Origin: Kudoa neothunni
Taxonomy: Eukaryota; Animalia; Cnidaria
Reading direction: 5' to 3'
Assembly (NCBI GenBank): GCA_964304625.1
Contig: OZ199840.1
Span: 779,284-843,283, forward strand
DNA length: 64,000 bases
Positions 1 to 13,401 of the stretch are shown here, piece by piece (the first letter of the stretch is position 1; each line of letters begins with the position of its first letter). A program made the translations under genes and the position numbers. A model generated the notes under the pieces. It did not search any database. It was not told the origin of the DNA and was given only the letters and a program-made list of their open reading frames with translations.

Positions 1-2694
1 TAATTCCTCCTATTTTATGTTATTTTTATATTCATTGTTCATAGTTATAATTTATAAACTTTGTTTATATGTTCTTCGAAAAATTAAAAAAAAACTTTTT
101 TTGCTCAGTTATTAAAGAAAATCTTTACACTTCATCCCTCATTTGAGCCAATTACATCTCATGTTATTATTATTTTGCTTAAAGCTTTACTAGATCACGG
201 AAGTTTTATAAATGAGGACGTTATTTACCCCCATACGCATGATGGGAATAATTTTGATGGTCGCCTGATTTAATGTGTGATTCTTGTAAATATAGCATAC
301 GGAATTAATTAAGTCGATCATTAATAAATTTCCAAGATTCATTATTTACAATAAATAATTATAATTTGTCTTTATAGACACTTTAAACCTGATAACATTA
401 AAATCACATAACCCATTATTTTTTTAAACTTCAAATAATGTGTAAACAATTTTTAGTGTACTTTAAAAATGAGGAATAATTATAATAGGAAAATTCTAAA
501 TAATAATATATACTTAAAAAAGAAAATATTATTTTATTTCTCAAACATTTGTCATAGAGTCTAAATCAGTAGAAATATGCTTCTTTTAGAAATAGAAGAA
601 TTTACAGATAATTATTTTAAATAATTATAAATTTTATATGTAATCAACGTGGGTGATTCGTAGTTCGTTGTGTAGTGTAGTTTGTAATTTGAGAAAATGT
701 CAAAAATTTAACTTACACATAATATTATAATAAATTATGTAATTTTAATCTATTTTAAACGATATTTTACCATTAAGAAAATAACTTATTAATGTCGAAA
801 ATGCTTAATTATGTTTTTAAGGATTATTTTTTAGTGAAGTGTAGTTCGTAAATGTTCTTACGGGTTGAAATTTTTGATTTCGATTAACGTCAGAATGTGA
901 AAAGAGAAAATATTGAGTCAATAATTTAGAAGAGAAATATGAAATAATAATGTTTTTCCAATAACAAGCGAAGGCGTGGAACGGAAACAATATTGAAAAA
1001 TACGATTAGATAATTGATTTTGAAAGTGGTAGTAACTGTAACAAAGACCAAAATTTTCATACGTTCGATCACTGAGAAAGAAAAATTATTCCATTCAAAA
1101 TTACCTCTCTCTCATTTGTCTGATTAGGACATTACTTGAAATATCATAATTTTCATAGTTATTAACATCAAACGGATATTGAACGAGAATTACACACTAT
1201 AATTGTCAGAAAACTTAAGAATATAACTATAACTAAATAATTTACCTCTAAGTAACATATTATAATTGATTTAAAGCAGGGTTCGTCAACGACAAGCCCA
1301 GGGAAGGGAGTCCACTTTAAAGTTCAGTTGTTTTTATTATTAGACATACCTTGTATTATTTATCTTATTTTCATAATCGATCTCCTCGACTCACAAAGAC
1401 GATTGATTGCAATATAAACGAACTTAATTAAATATTATTTCCTCTTTTACTAAATGTAAATGTGTAAAAAACAAAATAAAGCTCAAAAAATCCCCCTAAT
1501 TAGATTTCTTTCACATTTTAACTTATTAAACGGTACTTTTCTCATTGTGACGAATGGAAACGTATAATTATTGTTTTTAAAGATTTTGAACTATCATCTG
1601 GGTGTCTGAAATATTAAGTCCAATATAAATAAAATACATGACAGAATAACTGTAAAAAACAACATATTTTTATGAAAATATATAAAACGCCCGTTATTAT
1701 TTTCTAGCGATATCATCAAAATGTATTCTAATAAACTCAAAAACATATTTATCAAGCTGATTTTCAATTGTATTGTGTTAAATGCAATATATCTAAATGA
1801 CTAAGATATATTCTGACCCGCCTTATATTATAACAGGACTATCCGGCCCTGTTTAAAAACATTTTATCGGAAACATTTAATAAAACGGCGATCGTCCATA
1901 CTGAATTGGGATTGGATATGAACTTGTAAATCTGTTGGAAACAAAATTTTTTCTTTTGGAGTCTTAGAATTAAATAATCGTTTAAATACCCGTTTAGTGC
2001 ATTTTCAAATCTGGTCAAAGATTAACGACCTTAAAATGTAAATGAGAAAGTTCTGATAAGTTTTAATCTTCAGATAATATTGAATATCGACCAGGAATCG
2101 ATTAATTAGTGAACGAAGATAGTTTGTTTTGTGCATTTGATAATTTAAATAATATCTCGTACAACGAAATCGTTGTCGAACCTGCCTAGAAAATTTATAA
2201 TGAACTTATAGATCCAAATACCCTTTTAATGAAATTTATATTCTTGTCGAAAATTTTAAAATGTTTTTAAAAGGTGTTGGTTGCGAATTAAAACTCAAAT
2301 CTTAAGTAAATAATTATATTGGGAATATTCAAAAAATCTAAAATAATGGATTCTTCAAATAATTTTTATAAAATATTTAAAATTTCTGGTTTTCATTCAA
2401 TTTTAATGTTGCCTGTGTACAGCATTATCACAAAAAACGTCACTAAAGAATAGATCTTAATTTTCTACGATTTCCAGGTGATTACAAGTTATTAGTCATT
2501 TAATTTATGATAATTTTTTTTTCAATATTATTCACGAAGTTGTTAGGAAGTCAATGTCAATATATAACGAAAGCTAGGATACTTAAAATAAAAAAATCAA
2601 ATAAAAGAAAAATTGTATATTGCTAATTAACGAAGAATTTTAGTTTAGATGTAATAAGAAAGATATATGTTTTTTTAGATGGCGATTGATCTAT

Positions 2695-3499
2695 TCAAAT
2701 ACACGGCGTGTTGGCACGACGAGTCAATGTGACTTCCACACGCCGAGGGTCCGAAATGTCTCGCATTTTCGAACGGGTCAATTTTTTATTACCTTGAAGA
2801 TCATTAATGGCTGTGGATAAAAATATAATACCTTGTACATTGTTTTCTTGAGGATTTGTATCGCCCAAAAATCTGTCCTTTAAATATAATAGGGCCATAA
2901 TATCATTGATTGGTGAATCATATTGGTTAGAAAATGGATCGATAACCTCTTGCAATTCATTACCAGTTAATTTATCGCTTTGATGTTCATCGTGGCTGAC
3001 TTGTAAATCAGGAGTCTCATTTCTAACATTTATGGTGGACGTTGTTTGGACTGATTCCTATAACGTTTACAAAATGACGGCGTGTGAACAACAATCGAAT
3101 TTACAGTTGAGGAAGTTTGCGTAGGAGCACTATTTACACTTGATGTGGATGTCGATGTGGTTATGGATGTCGATGTGGGTATGGATGTCGATGTGGGTAT
3201 GGATGTTGATGTGGGTATGGATGTCGATGTGGGTATGGATGTTGATGTCGATGTGGATGCGGATGTAGATGTCGATGTAGATGTAGATGTCGATGTAGGT
3301 GTGGTCGTGGATGTAGATGTCGATGTAGACGTGGATGTGGACGTGGGTGTAGATGTGGTTGTAGATGTAGATGCGGGTGTAGATGTCGATGTAGACGTAG
3401 GTGTGGACGTGGATGTAGATGTAGAGGTTGGTTCATTTATACTAGGTGCATGGTTATTCATATTTGCTTGTTCAGCTGCAATGTAATCAAGAGGATTAC
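2695..3499 (-). CDS. Mucin-like Thr/Ser-repeat protein (spliced; 5' exon unresolved)
   Basis: ORF 3030-3461 is a (TS)n tract; a 47-bp GT..AG intron joins it in frame to ESVQTT... and ORF 2695-2955; AG acceptor at 3500-3501. Confidence 0.65.
3142..3426. repeat. Coding hexamer tandem repeat (GATGTN units; 18-bp higher-order unit encoding IPTSTS)
   Basis: Directly visible repeat; shorter version at about 21025-21178. Confidence 0.95.
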
Positions 3500-4332
3500 C
3501 TATTTTATTTTATTTAAAGGTTTCATGAGATCATATATAATTTTTAATGACTTTTAAAGTTTTAATGAGAGCGATGTGGTATGATCTAAGTAATTAAGGT
3601 CATTAAAAATTTTTATTTTAGATAGACAATTATTAAGAATCGTATTTATTAGTACGAAATATTTACGAGCAAAACAAAAATTGTCAATTTACTCGGAAAA
3701 CATTTGCTTATTCATAGAAATATATTATAATAATTAAAATATAAATTATAATATTATTGGTAACAGTTCAAATGTTTTTATTATTAAAGCACATTGAAGA
3801 TAATGTATACTTTAAAATATGTAGGATTTTCTAAAATATGGAATAACTGATTATTCTCTAGTATAAATGATGTGTAGAAAAACTTCTAAGATTAATTTTT
3901 CAAATTTTAGTTAAAAATAAATCAATAAAAAAATTTTATATGCTTATTCTGATTGGTTAATATATAACTTAGAATTAAATTTTACATTAAGATTAATAGT
4001 TTTAAATAAGGTTAAATTACACCATCGAAAAAAAACAATTGGGGCGAGTTAACCATTCATTTATGTCTAAATTATTAATTTAAATAACTTGTTGATGAAA
4101 ATATTCTCTCTATTAGCATCATATTATTTATAAATATAAATATTATTGTAATAAATTATATTAATGTTTTCATAACCTGATTATTAATATTGATTATTTT
4201 ATATTAATATTGAAATTTTATAAAATATATTAATTTATGAAATTTTTATTTGTTTTAAGAAAATCAATATCGCCTAGTTAACGTAACGCAGAAAGTCTAA
4301 ATTCTTTACTCCTATCTACAAAGAGTGATTCT

Positions 4333-5101
4333 TCAAGCATCATAATCGAAATTAACTTATTTGATATAACTCATAATTCTCGGAAAAGTTTTCTTACCTA
4401 CGAGTTTGATGTTTTTATCTATGAGGTGCTCTTTCAAACGATCTAGGCATAAATTTGTTATATATGCCAAATAAGATTGCTAAATTATTCACTACATACA
4501 CATGTGTTTATATTTAGATTACATAACTAGCAAGTTCTTCTTCAGAATATTCTTTCAGTAATTTGTGTGTCATTATTCTCTAAATCGCGGATGATATTTG
4601 AATACAAATAATCACGTACACCACAAGTTAAATTAGATATAGCATCAGTGAAATAAATAACTATTAAATTATTAGAGGAGATTTAAAAGAGTACTCTAAA
4701 GATTTACTTTTGTTACTGACGCAATAAGCGTTTGTTCCACATCTGACTTGAGAACTCATTTTATTGAATTCAGCCGTAAGGTCTTGAGTTATAACACTAC
4801 ATATATCACTCTATTTAATTTGTAAAAGCTTGAATACTAAAGACATTACCAGCTCTGAATTAATTGTAGCATACGACTCGCTATGGATATCAAATATACG
4901 TTTCAAATGATCGTATGATGTTTTCGTTAAACACGCCTAGCATCCAACGTAAAATACATTATTTGGGATGTAAACCTGCGGACAATTTCTTTCAAAAACT
5001 GGGGTTTCCGCCGATGTGCATGTTAAACTAAACACTAAAAAAATAGTTATATTATATATGATGTAACATTTACAAAGAATAAGGAAACATTCGCCTAACA
5101 T
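4333..5101 (-). CDS. 8-exon secreted Cys-containing protein of about 165 aa, family member A1 (function unknown)
   Basis: Manual splicing across GT-AG introns of 39, 39, 39, 47, 40, 43 and about 42 bp gives MLGECFLILLFSLTCTSAETPVFERNCPQACLTKTSYDHLKRIF...CGTNAYC...LTC...LC; hydrophobic N-terminus; intron positions match the paralog at 34646-35425. Last exon is the least certain. Confidence 0.8.
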
Positions 5102-7873
5102 ATTTATTAATTCGCAATTATTTTAGTATAGTTTTACGCGTGATGCTTATATCCATGTTATATCGGTTAATTTATTCTCATATTATTTCTTTTGTTTAAA
5201 TTAAATGTGCGGTTTTTTAGAAATGAAATATCTGATAATATATTTATTGTGAATATTAAACAGTATTTTTTACTCTAACAAAAACTTATCAACTGATAAT
5301 TTATAATAACTGTACAAAATTATTACTTATCGTACTTTAATAGATGGTACTCATAGAATATACATAACTTTTAAAATGGAATTGAAAAAGTATATATTAA
5401 GGATAAATCTGTAGTGAATCTAATTGATAAATTTATTATAAATTTCGTTAGGTTATGCGTTAAGACGTACGTATGGTTAATCCATATTGGAACAATTAAT
5501 GAATATAAACTCTAAGTAATAATTTTAATATAAATTATAATAAAAAGTTATATTGGAAATTACAAAAAAAATTATTATTAATTTTTATCCAAAATATACT
5601 TACAATTAGAATTGATTTCTTCAAGTTGGTGTTTGTTTATTCATGTCTGAATCTGCGTATACCTAAATAAGTTTACCTTGTTTTATATATGAAATATTAG
5701 ATAGAACAATATATATAACGTTAATTACTTACTATTGGCTTACTAAACTAAGGAAGGTATCTTCGCTGTCCTAATTGAATGGTATTTTATTCGTAATAAA
5801 TGACTGGTTGATTTGGCTGAATCATTAATAATGAAATAGTTGATAACGTTATTAACCACTTTTTATAACACCTTTGAAAATTCATTATGGATTTTATGTG
5901 ATTAATATTTATATATTATAAAATTCTATCGTATAGAATATTATATAATATCCTCGTCGTATTATTTAATGAATATTACAATTGGTATAAATTTTTATTA
6001 ATATTTGATTTATCTCTACATGAACGTCCAATTGTTTTATGTTTTTTTAATATTTATTTACCTTGTATAATTTTAACTTAAAAAATCTATTCATAAGGTA
6101 TATTTATTCTAATCAATCGGTTCACTTATTGACTAACCTTCAACTTTAAAAAATGTACTTACGAATTATTACAACCCTGGAGTCAACAGTGAACTCATTA
6201 AACGGAAAATATATTTTCTACGAGAAAAATATAGGTTTATATATTTTATGATGAAGTTCATATAAAAAAGCTCTACTTTTCGGAATCATTGAATTAACAT
6301 TCTTAATAATATGTAATATTTATTTTATGAGTAATTATTTTTTTATTAATTATAATCGGATTAGCAAAAATAAATTGAATATTAGCGCAAAATTGTCCAA
6401 CCTTATAGTATTTTATAAACAAGAAAGTTTTATCACATGAAATCCTTATTAAAATAATAAACTATAGTCGTAAAATTTTGAATGTGTCAAAATTTAATGG
6501 ATACAAAAATCCTCAAGTTGAATTTATATAAAAGCAAGCTCTGATTCTATTATGGATCTTCGTTCTAAACACTCCTAATGTTATACTTGACTCCAAAGAG
6601 GAGTTAATATATTCACTTATCGTAAGTTTCGCATTTTTTAATAGATCGCTGGTGCTAGAAATATTGAATTTCTCTTTTGTGTGATACCAGAAGTTTTATT
6701 TGAAGATATCAAACTGGTAGGAACTAGATTTTTTGATCTTCCAGAAACGCCAAAGATTTTTTATTTCTCCAAATAAATTAATTTAAGTAGTGTATATGGG
6801 TTTCGGTTCTACGTACTTAAATGATTTATATATTCATTTTAACATAGTGTGGTATTCAACTCAGTTACACGCGTTAAATTTTAGACTGCTAATTACAGCA
6901 TTATGGGATGATTTTAAATCAAACTAACGAATATATGATTATATTAATATATTATCTAGCGTGGGATAATAAAAGTTCTCATTAGATATTAGCTATTGGG
7001 AAATTATCATTAAAAACAATTTTTTGCTATTTTAGAACATCATAAATTATTATATTTTTTAACATTATTTATATTAAAAATATGATAATTTTTATTGCGC
7101 CCTCTGTTCTTATGGTAAACCTGATAAAAATATTCTTTTAATTTTTATCAAAATATGATAGCACATCCGGATTTTTATATAAAAATCAAGTAGATCTGAC
7201 GTTAGAGCCGAAATTAGCCATTAGTGATAGTAGGAAATTATGTATGCTAGAAGTTCCAACAGAATTATTTCATAATCACTCCATAATGGATGCGTCGTAA
7301 AAAATTATGATTGATTAAGTTATAAAATTATTTAATTTCAATAAAAATGGAAAACTTTAGCCACGTTTCAATTCAGTAGAGTCAAAAATAAATAACTTGG
7401 CTATTTATCGAAAAATAAGGACTCTAATATTAAAAGAAATGCAGAAATAACATAATATATTATATCAGTTGTTGTACATCAATTTTTCTAAATAGTTTAC
7501 TAAGTATGCCGCCTTCATATATTTTATGAAATATATAATCCGAAATAAACCGCGAAAGTACACTTCACATTATTAATAGTATTTCCTGCGCCTACTGCAA
7601 AATTATCTTCCTGTGGTTTGAATTTTATTGATATGTAAAAAAAAAGTTTTAAGCAGATTAACTACTCGTCAACCAGGCACGTACCGTCAGGGTAGGCAAG
7701 GTAGGCAGTGCCTACCCTTTTGAATCAAAATTAATTAATTTTATGAGGATAAAATCCCTTTTATCTCAAAACCACAATAACCATTCAAATATTCTTAAAA
7801 AATTACAAAATATTCGAGGTATTAGTAGCAAAATAGGCACAAGTCGTCTCTGCTTTCTAATCGTTATATAAAA

Positions 7874-10800
7874 GGAAGTGGCTATACCTCAGGTAATCAA
7901 TATCTCTAAAACTACTCAATATTGTTTGCCAATATTCCATATATCATCTAATGTTTATCTAACTTAAGTTTTTGTAGATTTTTGAAAAATTAAAAAAAAT
8001 TATTATTTCTTTGTGTGACCATACACAAGTCCAACCGCAGCTGGGCACGATTTTTTATTTTTTTAATATAATTTCATCAATTAGAATAATTATACACAAA
8101 ATATAGAAATAATAATAAATTTCAGAGTTATCTATAACTTGAGCGCGTAATTTCTCTTTCTAATTAGCGTGGCGCAGGATGAGTTCAAATATGTTTGCAA
8201 TTGGAAAACGATTTCATTCTTTCGAGGAACTCGATAATGCTATAAAAAATTACTAAGAGTCAAACTTTTGCATTCTTTATAAATATCAAGCGATGACTAT
8301 TTCGAATATTCGAAATAGAATTACAAAATAAATTAACCAATCTCTGCGGTATCATGAAATTACACATCGTTGTATTTTCAGTGGCAAGAATAAAACAAAA
8401 TCCGATGGAATTAGAAACAAACCGGCATTAATGGGAAACTGCCCCTTGGTTTTATACCTTAGGACCTCTGTTGATGGTGTAGCACTTGAAGTACGTTCTA
8501 GTATATTAGAACATAATCATGATTTAAGTGCAGTGCTATATCGAAATCTCCCGAAACAACGAAAAATTGACCTAAATGACCCAAATCTCGTGGAATTAAT
8601 TCACTTTAAGGTCAATACAAAATTAATTCAAAATAAAATTTACAACGAAACGGGTAAAAACATCCGTTTGAAGTCCATCCACAACATAAGAGCAAACAAA
8701 GACTCATTCGGTGATAACCTATGTGTAATAGAGAAAATATTGAAAGAAGATTTCAATTGTTGCGTTAGGATTTTATATGATAAACATAAAGTCGTTAATC
8801 GTTAATGGAATTTTTTTCACTGACGACAAAATGAAATCATTTTTGGAATTTTATCCTGAGGTTATGTTCATTTATGCAACTTATAAACTCCTTAATTCAA
8901 GGTAACTTTTGAAAATGGATGAATAATTTTATAATTTTAGAGCCCCGTTATACATATCTGATGGGGAGTATTCTTTTGGTTTGACTCACATTTCGAGTGC
9001 CTGCATTCTCTACGAAGAGATGGAAGATTCAATCCAATGGTTTTGTAATACTTTGGCAGAATTGATACCAAACTTATCAAAAAATGTACATACCATTGTT
9101 ACAGACAAGGATGAAAAGCTAAGAAAATGTCTCAAATTAAGTTTTCCACTATCATCATTCATTTTATGTAAATTTCATGTGAATCAAATTTTTCAAAGAC
9201 ATCACCGTTAACAAATTTGAGACATCTTTTATTAAAAGACAAGAGATTTTAAGTTGTTTACAAAAAATGATGTACTCGACTGATTACATTGAATATTTGC
9301 ATTATGTTGACCAAATTCACGATTTTAAAAATCCCAAATTAAGTGAATATTTCAAAAGAAATTGGGAAGGAGTATACAATGAATGGGTCATTGGTATCAG
9401 CAATACGAAAAATTTTTACGACAACGAAACCAATAATCGCCTTGAAGTAATAAATTCCCAAATTAAAAGTGTTGTCCAAAAATTCAGCTCGTTGGCCAAC
9501 TTCATCCAAAGTTTTTTTAAAATTCTAAGTTCACTTAAAATTGAAAGGGAAGTTTCTTCAATTGATCAACTGTATTATGAATCAAATGAGATTCTCAACA
9601 ATAAGCAGGTTCTACACCATAAAGAATGTCTGAGGAATTATGCACTTATCATGCTTCAAAAAGAACATAAATTCGTGGACAATACTGCATTATCCTCTAA
9701 CTCAAATGAAACCAAAAGTCGATCAACGTGTCATTGTTTATTTTATCGCTCATTTTCATTACCATGTCGCCATATTCTATGTTACAGGTTATCAGAAAAA
9801 CTCCCGTTATTCTGTGAAACATTATGCAGTGATCGATGGAAAAAGGCATACGGAATGAAGTTTTTAAATGCGGAATCTACAACTCAAAATAATACAGAAA
9901 ATCTTCCTACTGTTGTTCTTGAAAAGAAACAAAAAATTAACATAAAGACATTTGTACAAAAGTTGAAGTACGCGTCAAGTTTTACAACCAAACTAGCCAA
10001 TACAACTTCCGAACTTTGCGGAGAATTTTTCGAAAAATCAGTGAAATCAATAAATCTATTGGAAAAAATAATTAGAAGTCACGATGTCATGGTTATCGAT
10101 CAGTTCCTTGATACATGTGATTTTTGTTTATCAATGAAATATTAAATTTTAATTAGTTAAAGATGAAACTGAATTTCAAGAAAATGTATAAAATTTATAA
10201 TTTGACTTTAACTAATAAAAATTAGGAGTCATCGAGAAATTTAATAGAAGTCTCAACTACCAAAATACCAAAACTTAATTCCAATGATGATTTTGGTCCT
10301 CTAGAAGAACAAATTGATTGTAACGATGAATCAAACGCCATCGTAGAACCTCAATTAAAAGGTTAAACCAAAAAAAAATTATGCTAATTTTTGTTTAGAT
10401 CTAGTGATTCCTTCTAAAGTTAAATCGATTGGTCGACCACGAGGAAGTCGTTTAACTGCAATCGGAATTATAAAGAAAAAGAAATAAAATTATAACTTTA
10501 AAACTAAATATATAAAAAAATTTAATTTTGAGAATAATCCTCTACATGTGTTATATGAAAGCTGTTTTATTGAGTGATCGCTTAAACTAATATTTCAATC
10601 CATTATTAGTTTTATTTCATATAACGTGAACAATGTTAATTTCTTAAAAAAAAGACAAACATTATTATTATTATTTCTATATTTTGTGTATAATGATGCT
10701 AATTGATGAAATTATATTAAAAAAATAAAAAATCGTGCCCAGCTGCTGTTAGACTTGTGTATGGCCACACAAAGAAAAAATAATTTTTTTTAATTTTTCA

Positions 10801-10946
10801 AATTCTACAAAAACTTAAGTTAGATAAATATAAGATGATGTGTGGAATATGAGCAAACAATATTGAGTAGTTTTAGAGATATTGATTACCTGAGATACAG
10901 CCTGAGGCCGACCGGATTATCAGGTACCTGAGATATAGCCACTACC
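7874..10946 (+). mobile_element. Mutator-like (MULE) DNA transposon nested in the hAT element
   Basis: About 245-bp terminal inverted repeats (7874-~8118 and ~10665-10946) and 9-bp TSD TATATAAAA (7865-7873, 10947-10955). Confidence 0.93.
8179..10487 (+). pseudogene. MULE transposase with SWIM zinc finger, disrupted
   Basis: Fragments carry HNH, IVTDKD and CKFH (MULE domain), TNNRLE, SWIM-type CHC...PCRH and a C-terminal GRPRG AT-hook-like motif; several stops and frameshifts. Confidence 0.85.
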
Positions 10947-11279
10947 TATATAAAATCCACGTAAAATTTCGTGACTAGCACGTGCCGCATCATTCTGCGC
11001 ATCACTGCATTTTTAATGGCCGACCGTAGGCAGTATAAATTCGGCCTAGTATCGAGTCACATGATCTTTCTAAAATATTCCATTTGCGCGTGTATTATTA
11101 ATTCAAATAAATTGTTCTGTTTCTTCAATTTTTTCTTAATTTTAATTAAAGGTAATTTTTAAAATACGATAATCTATATGACAACTATACTGGGAATATC
11201 GCCCAAAGTTAATACTAATTATTGTCCTACTTGTAAGAAGGGCCCGCGCCTCTGTTAGTCTTATTTCATCCCTTCAAAT

Positions 11280-13401
11280 ATGAATAGAAGATATCTTAAA
11301 GAGTTTTCAAAACTTCCTTATGAAGATAAATTACAAATTATAAGAAATGGTAGTCTGACTCCTGGTCTTAAAAAACTTAAAAAACTGAAAGGGAAGACAA
11401 TTATCTGGACGTTTAATAATTCGTGATATGAAAAAAAAGAGGGTTATGTGGGTGTACTGTAACAAAAACGCTATTTTGTTTCCAATGTTTGCCTTTTTCG
11501 AGGACTAATGAAAGTGTGTGGATCAAAGAAGGATATTTCGACTTAAATAATTTACCAATCGCTTTAAATAAGCATGAGCGATCTGCAACACACTATCAAA
11601 ATCAAGTTTCACGGAAAACATTTGGATTTATACGCGTAGAATTGTTTCTTGATAAACAGAAGAATATTTCAATTGAACTTCACAATAAAAATGTTAAGGA
11701 AAACAGAAAGATGTTGAAAAATTTGATCCGCGCAGTTTGCTTTTTGATTCAACAAGAACCTACTTTTCGCGGTGATAATGAAAACAAGCTGCCTTTAAAT
11801 CATGGTAATTATTTGGAGTTGTCGAATTATACCGCAAAATTTGACGAAAAATTATCGTATCATTTACAGAATTCATCTGTTTTTTCTGGCATCTCCAACA
11901 GGATTCAAAATGATCTGATTGAGGCTATAAAGGTGGTTTTTGAGAATAATATTAAAAAGGAATTAGCACAGGCTCCGGTCGTTGCCATAGAATCGGATGA
12001 GACGACCGATATCTCATGGACATCTCAATGTTCAACAATATTAAGATACGTATTGGGATCGAAAATTAAGGATGTTTTCATTGGATTTCATACTCTTCGA
12101 GGCAGAACAACGGATGGTGTGACGGAATGTGTATTTAAAAACATATATAAATACAACATCGAAGAGAAATTAGTCGCATGATCGTATGATTGAACAATAG
12201 TTATGGCATTCCATTTAAATGGAATTCAGTCAAAAGTTCGACAAAAGATATTGACCGCGCTGTTCACTCACTGTTATGCCCATAAGTTAAATCTTGTGTT
12301 GCCACAATCTACCAAATTTATTCCTGATTGTACGAGCCTTTTCAAGACTAATGAAGTACTTTTTTATTTTCTCAAAAAGTCAACTAAACAGGTCCAATTT
12401 TTTGAGGAGATTGTGTTGAGAAGCATTCCAACAACAGTGGCAACGAGATGGAATTCAAATTCAAAATTAGTGCAGATAATATTAGAGTATCACGGTGATC
12501 TTCGCAAACGTTTCTACAATGTAAACAACAATCCCTAATTTTGGGATTCAGACACTTTATTTCGAAGTATTGGACTTTACAATTGGCTGAAAAATGACTC
12601 AACATACTTTTTAATGCTGATATATAATGAAATTTTCGTTTTAGCTGACGCGCTCTTCCATATATTGCAGACAAAAATGATAGACATTGCGTATTGTATC
12701 GAAAGAATCAATGTAACAATAACAAAACTTGAAGATATGCGCATAAGATTTAAGTCATTGTATTATAATTTCGAAAAATACTGTCAAAAAATATCTTAAT
12801 TAGACCTATCCTTCCCCTCAATGTGACAAAAAAATGAAAAAGCGATATTATTGGTTACAATAGTCAGTGATATAATAAATAATCTGAGAACGAAATCTAA
12901 TGATTTAGAAAATCTCAAGTTTATTTCATTGATTAATGGAAATAATTTTGACATTTTATCATGCCAAATTGACGCGAATGCCCTTGAAAGTCTGCAAACG
13001 AATTATGAGAAAAGCATTGACATTTTAAGACTGAAAGGTGATTTAGCTGGAATTTTAATGCTCACATATTCAATGAATAGTCCCCTACAAAATTGTTCGA
13101 TTTTATCTCCCAAAATCAACTGGACCAAATATTTCTCGAAGTTGTCAATTTGTTACAATTAATTTTAACGATTCCTGCAACAACCGTTTCTGTGGAAAGA
13201 TCGTTTTCCGCATTGAAACGAATTAAAAGCTACACCTGGAACAGGATGACAAACCAACGACTTTCTTCCCTTGCATTAATATCGATTGAAAAGGAAAGAC
13301 TTAATCAAATGAAACAAGACCCAACCTTCAATTTCTATGAAAAGGTGATTGATACCTTAACTACAACAAAAGAAAGAAGAATAGGTTTCCTTTATAAGTA
13401 G
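11280..13401 (+). pseudogene. hAT transposase (ZMYM1/DUF4371-like), disrupted
   Basis: DETTD, HCYAHKLNL, TRW and hAT dimerisation motif IPATTVSVERSFSALKRIKS..RM...RL; split over five ORFs. Confidence 0.9.

Noticed and set aside
1680-2300. Possible + strand multi-exon gene in a diverged patch
   Set aside because: No continuous spliced frame could be built; copy 2 has many homopolymer indels that may be consensus noise.
3142-3426. CRISPR-like array
   Set aside because: Contiguous 6/18-bp units with no unique spacers; eukaryotic context.
3145-3486. (DV)n, (HP/HL)n and (MW)n ORFs here and at 20858-21310
   Set aside because: Alternative frames and antisense of the hexamer repeat; only the Thr/Ser frame links to spliced unique sequence.
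4333-5101. Assignment of the secreted family as a cytokine (IL-10-like) mimic
   Set aside because: Only size and helical character fit; no diagnostic motif, so it needs structure prediction.
6490-6780. Short coding-like segments (IAGARNIEFLFCV...)
   Set aside because: No start, recognisable motif or convincing intron chain.
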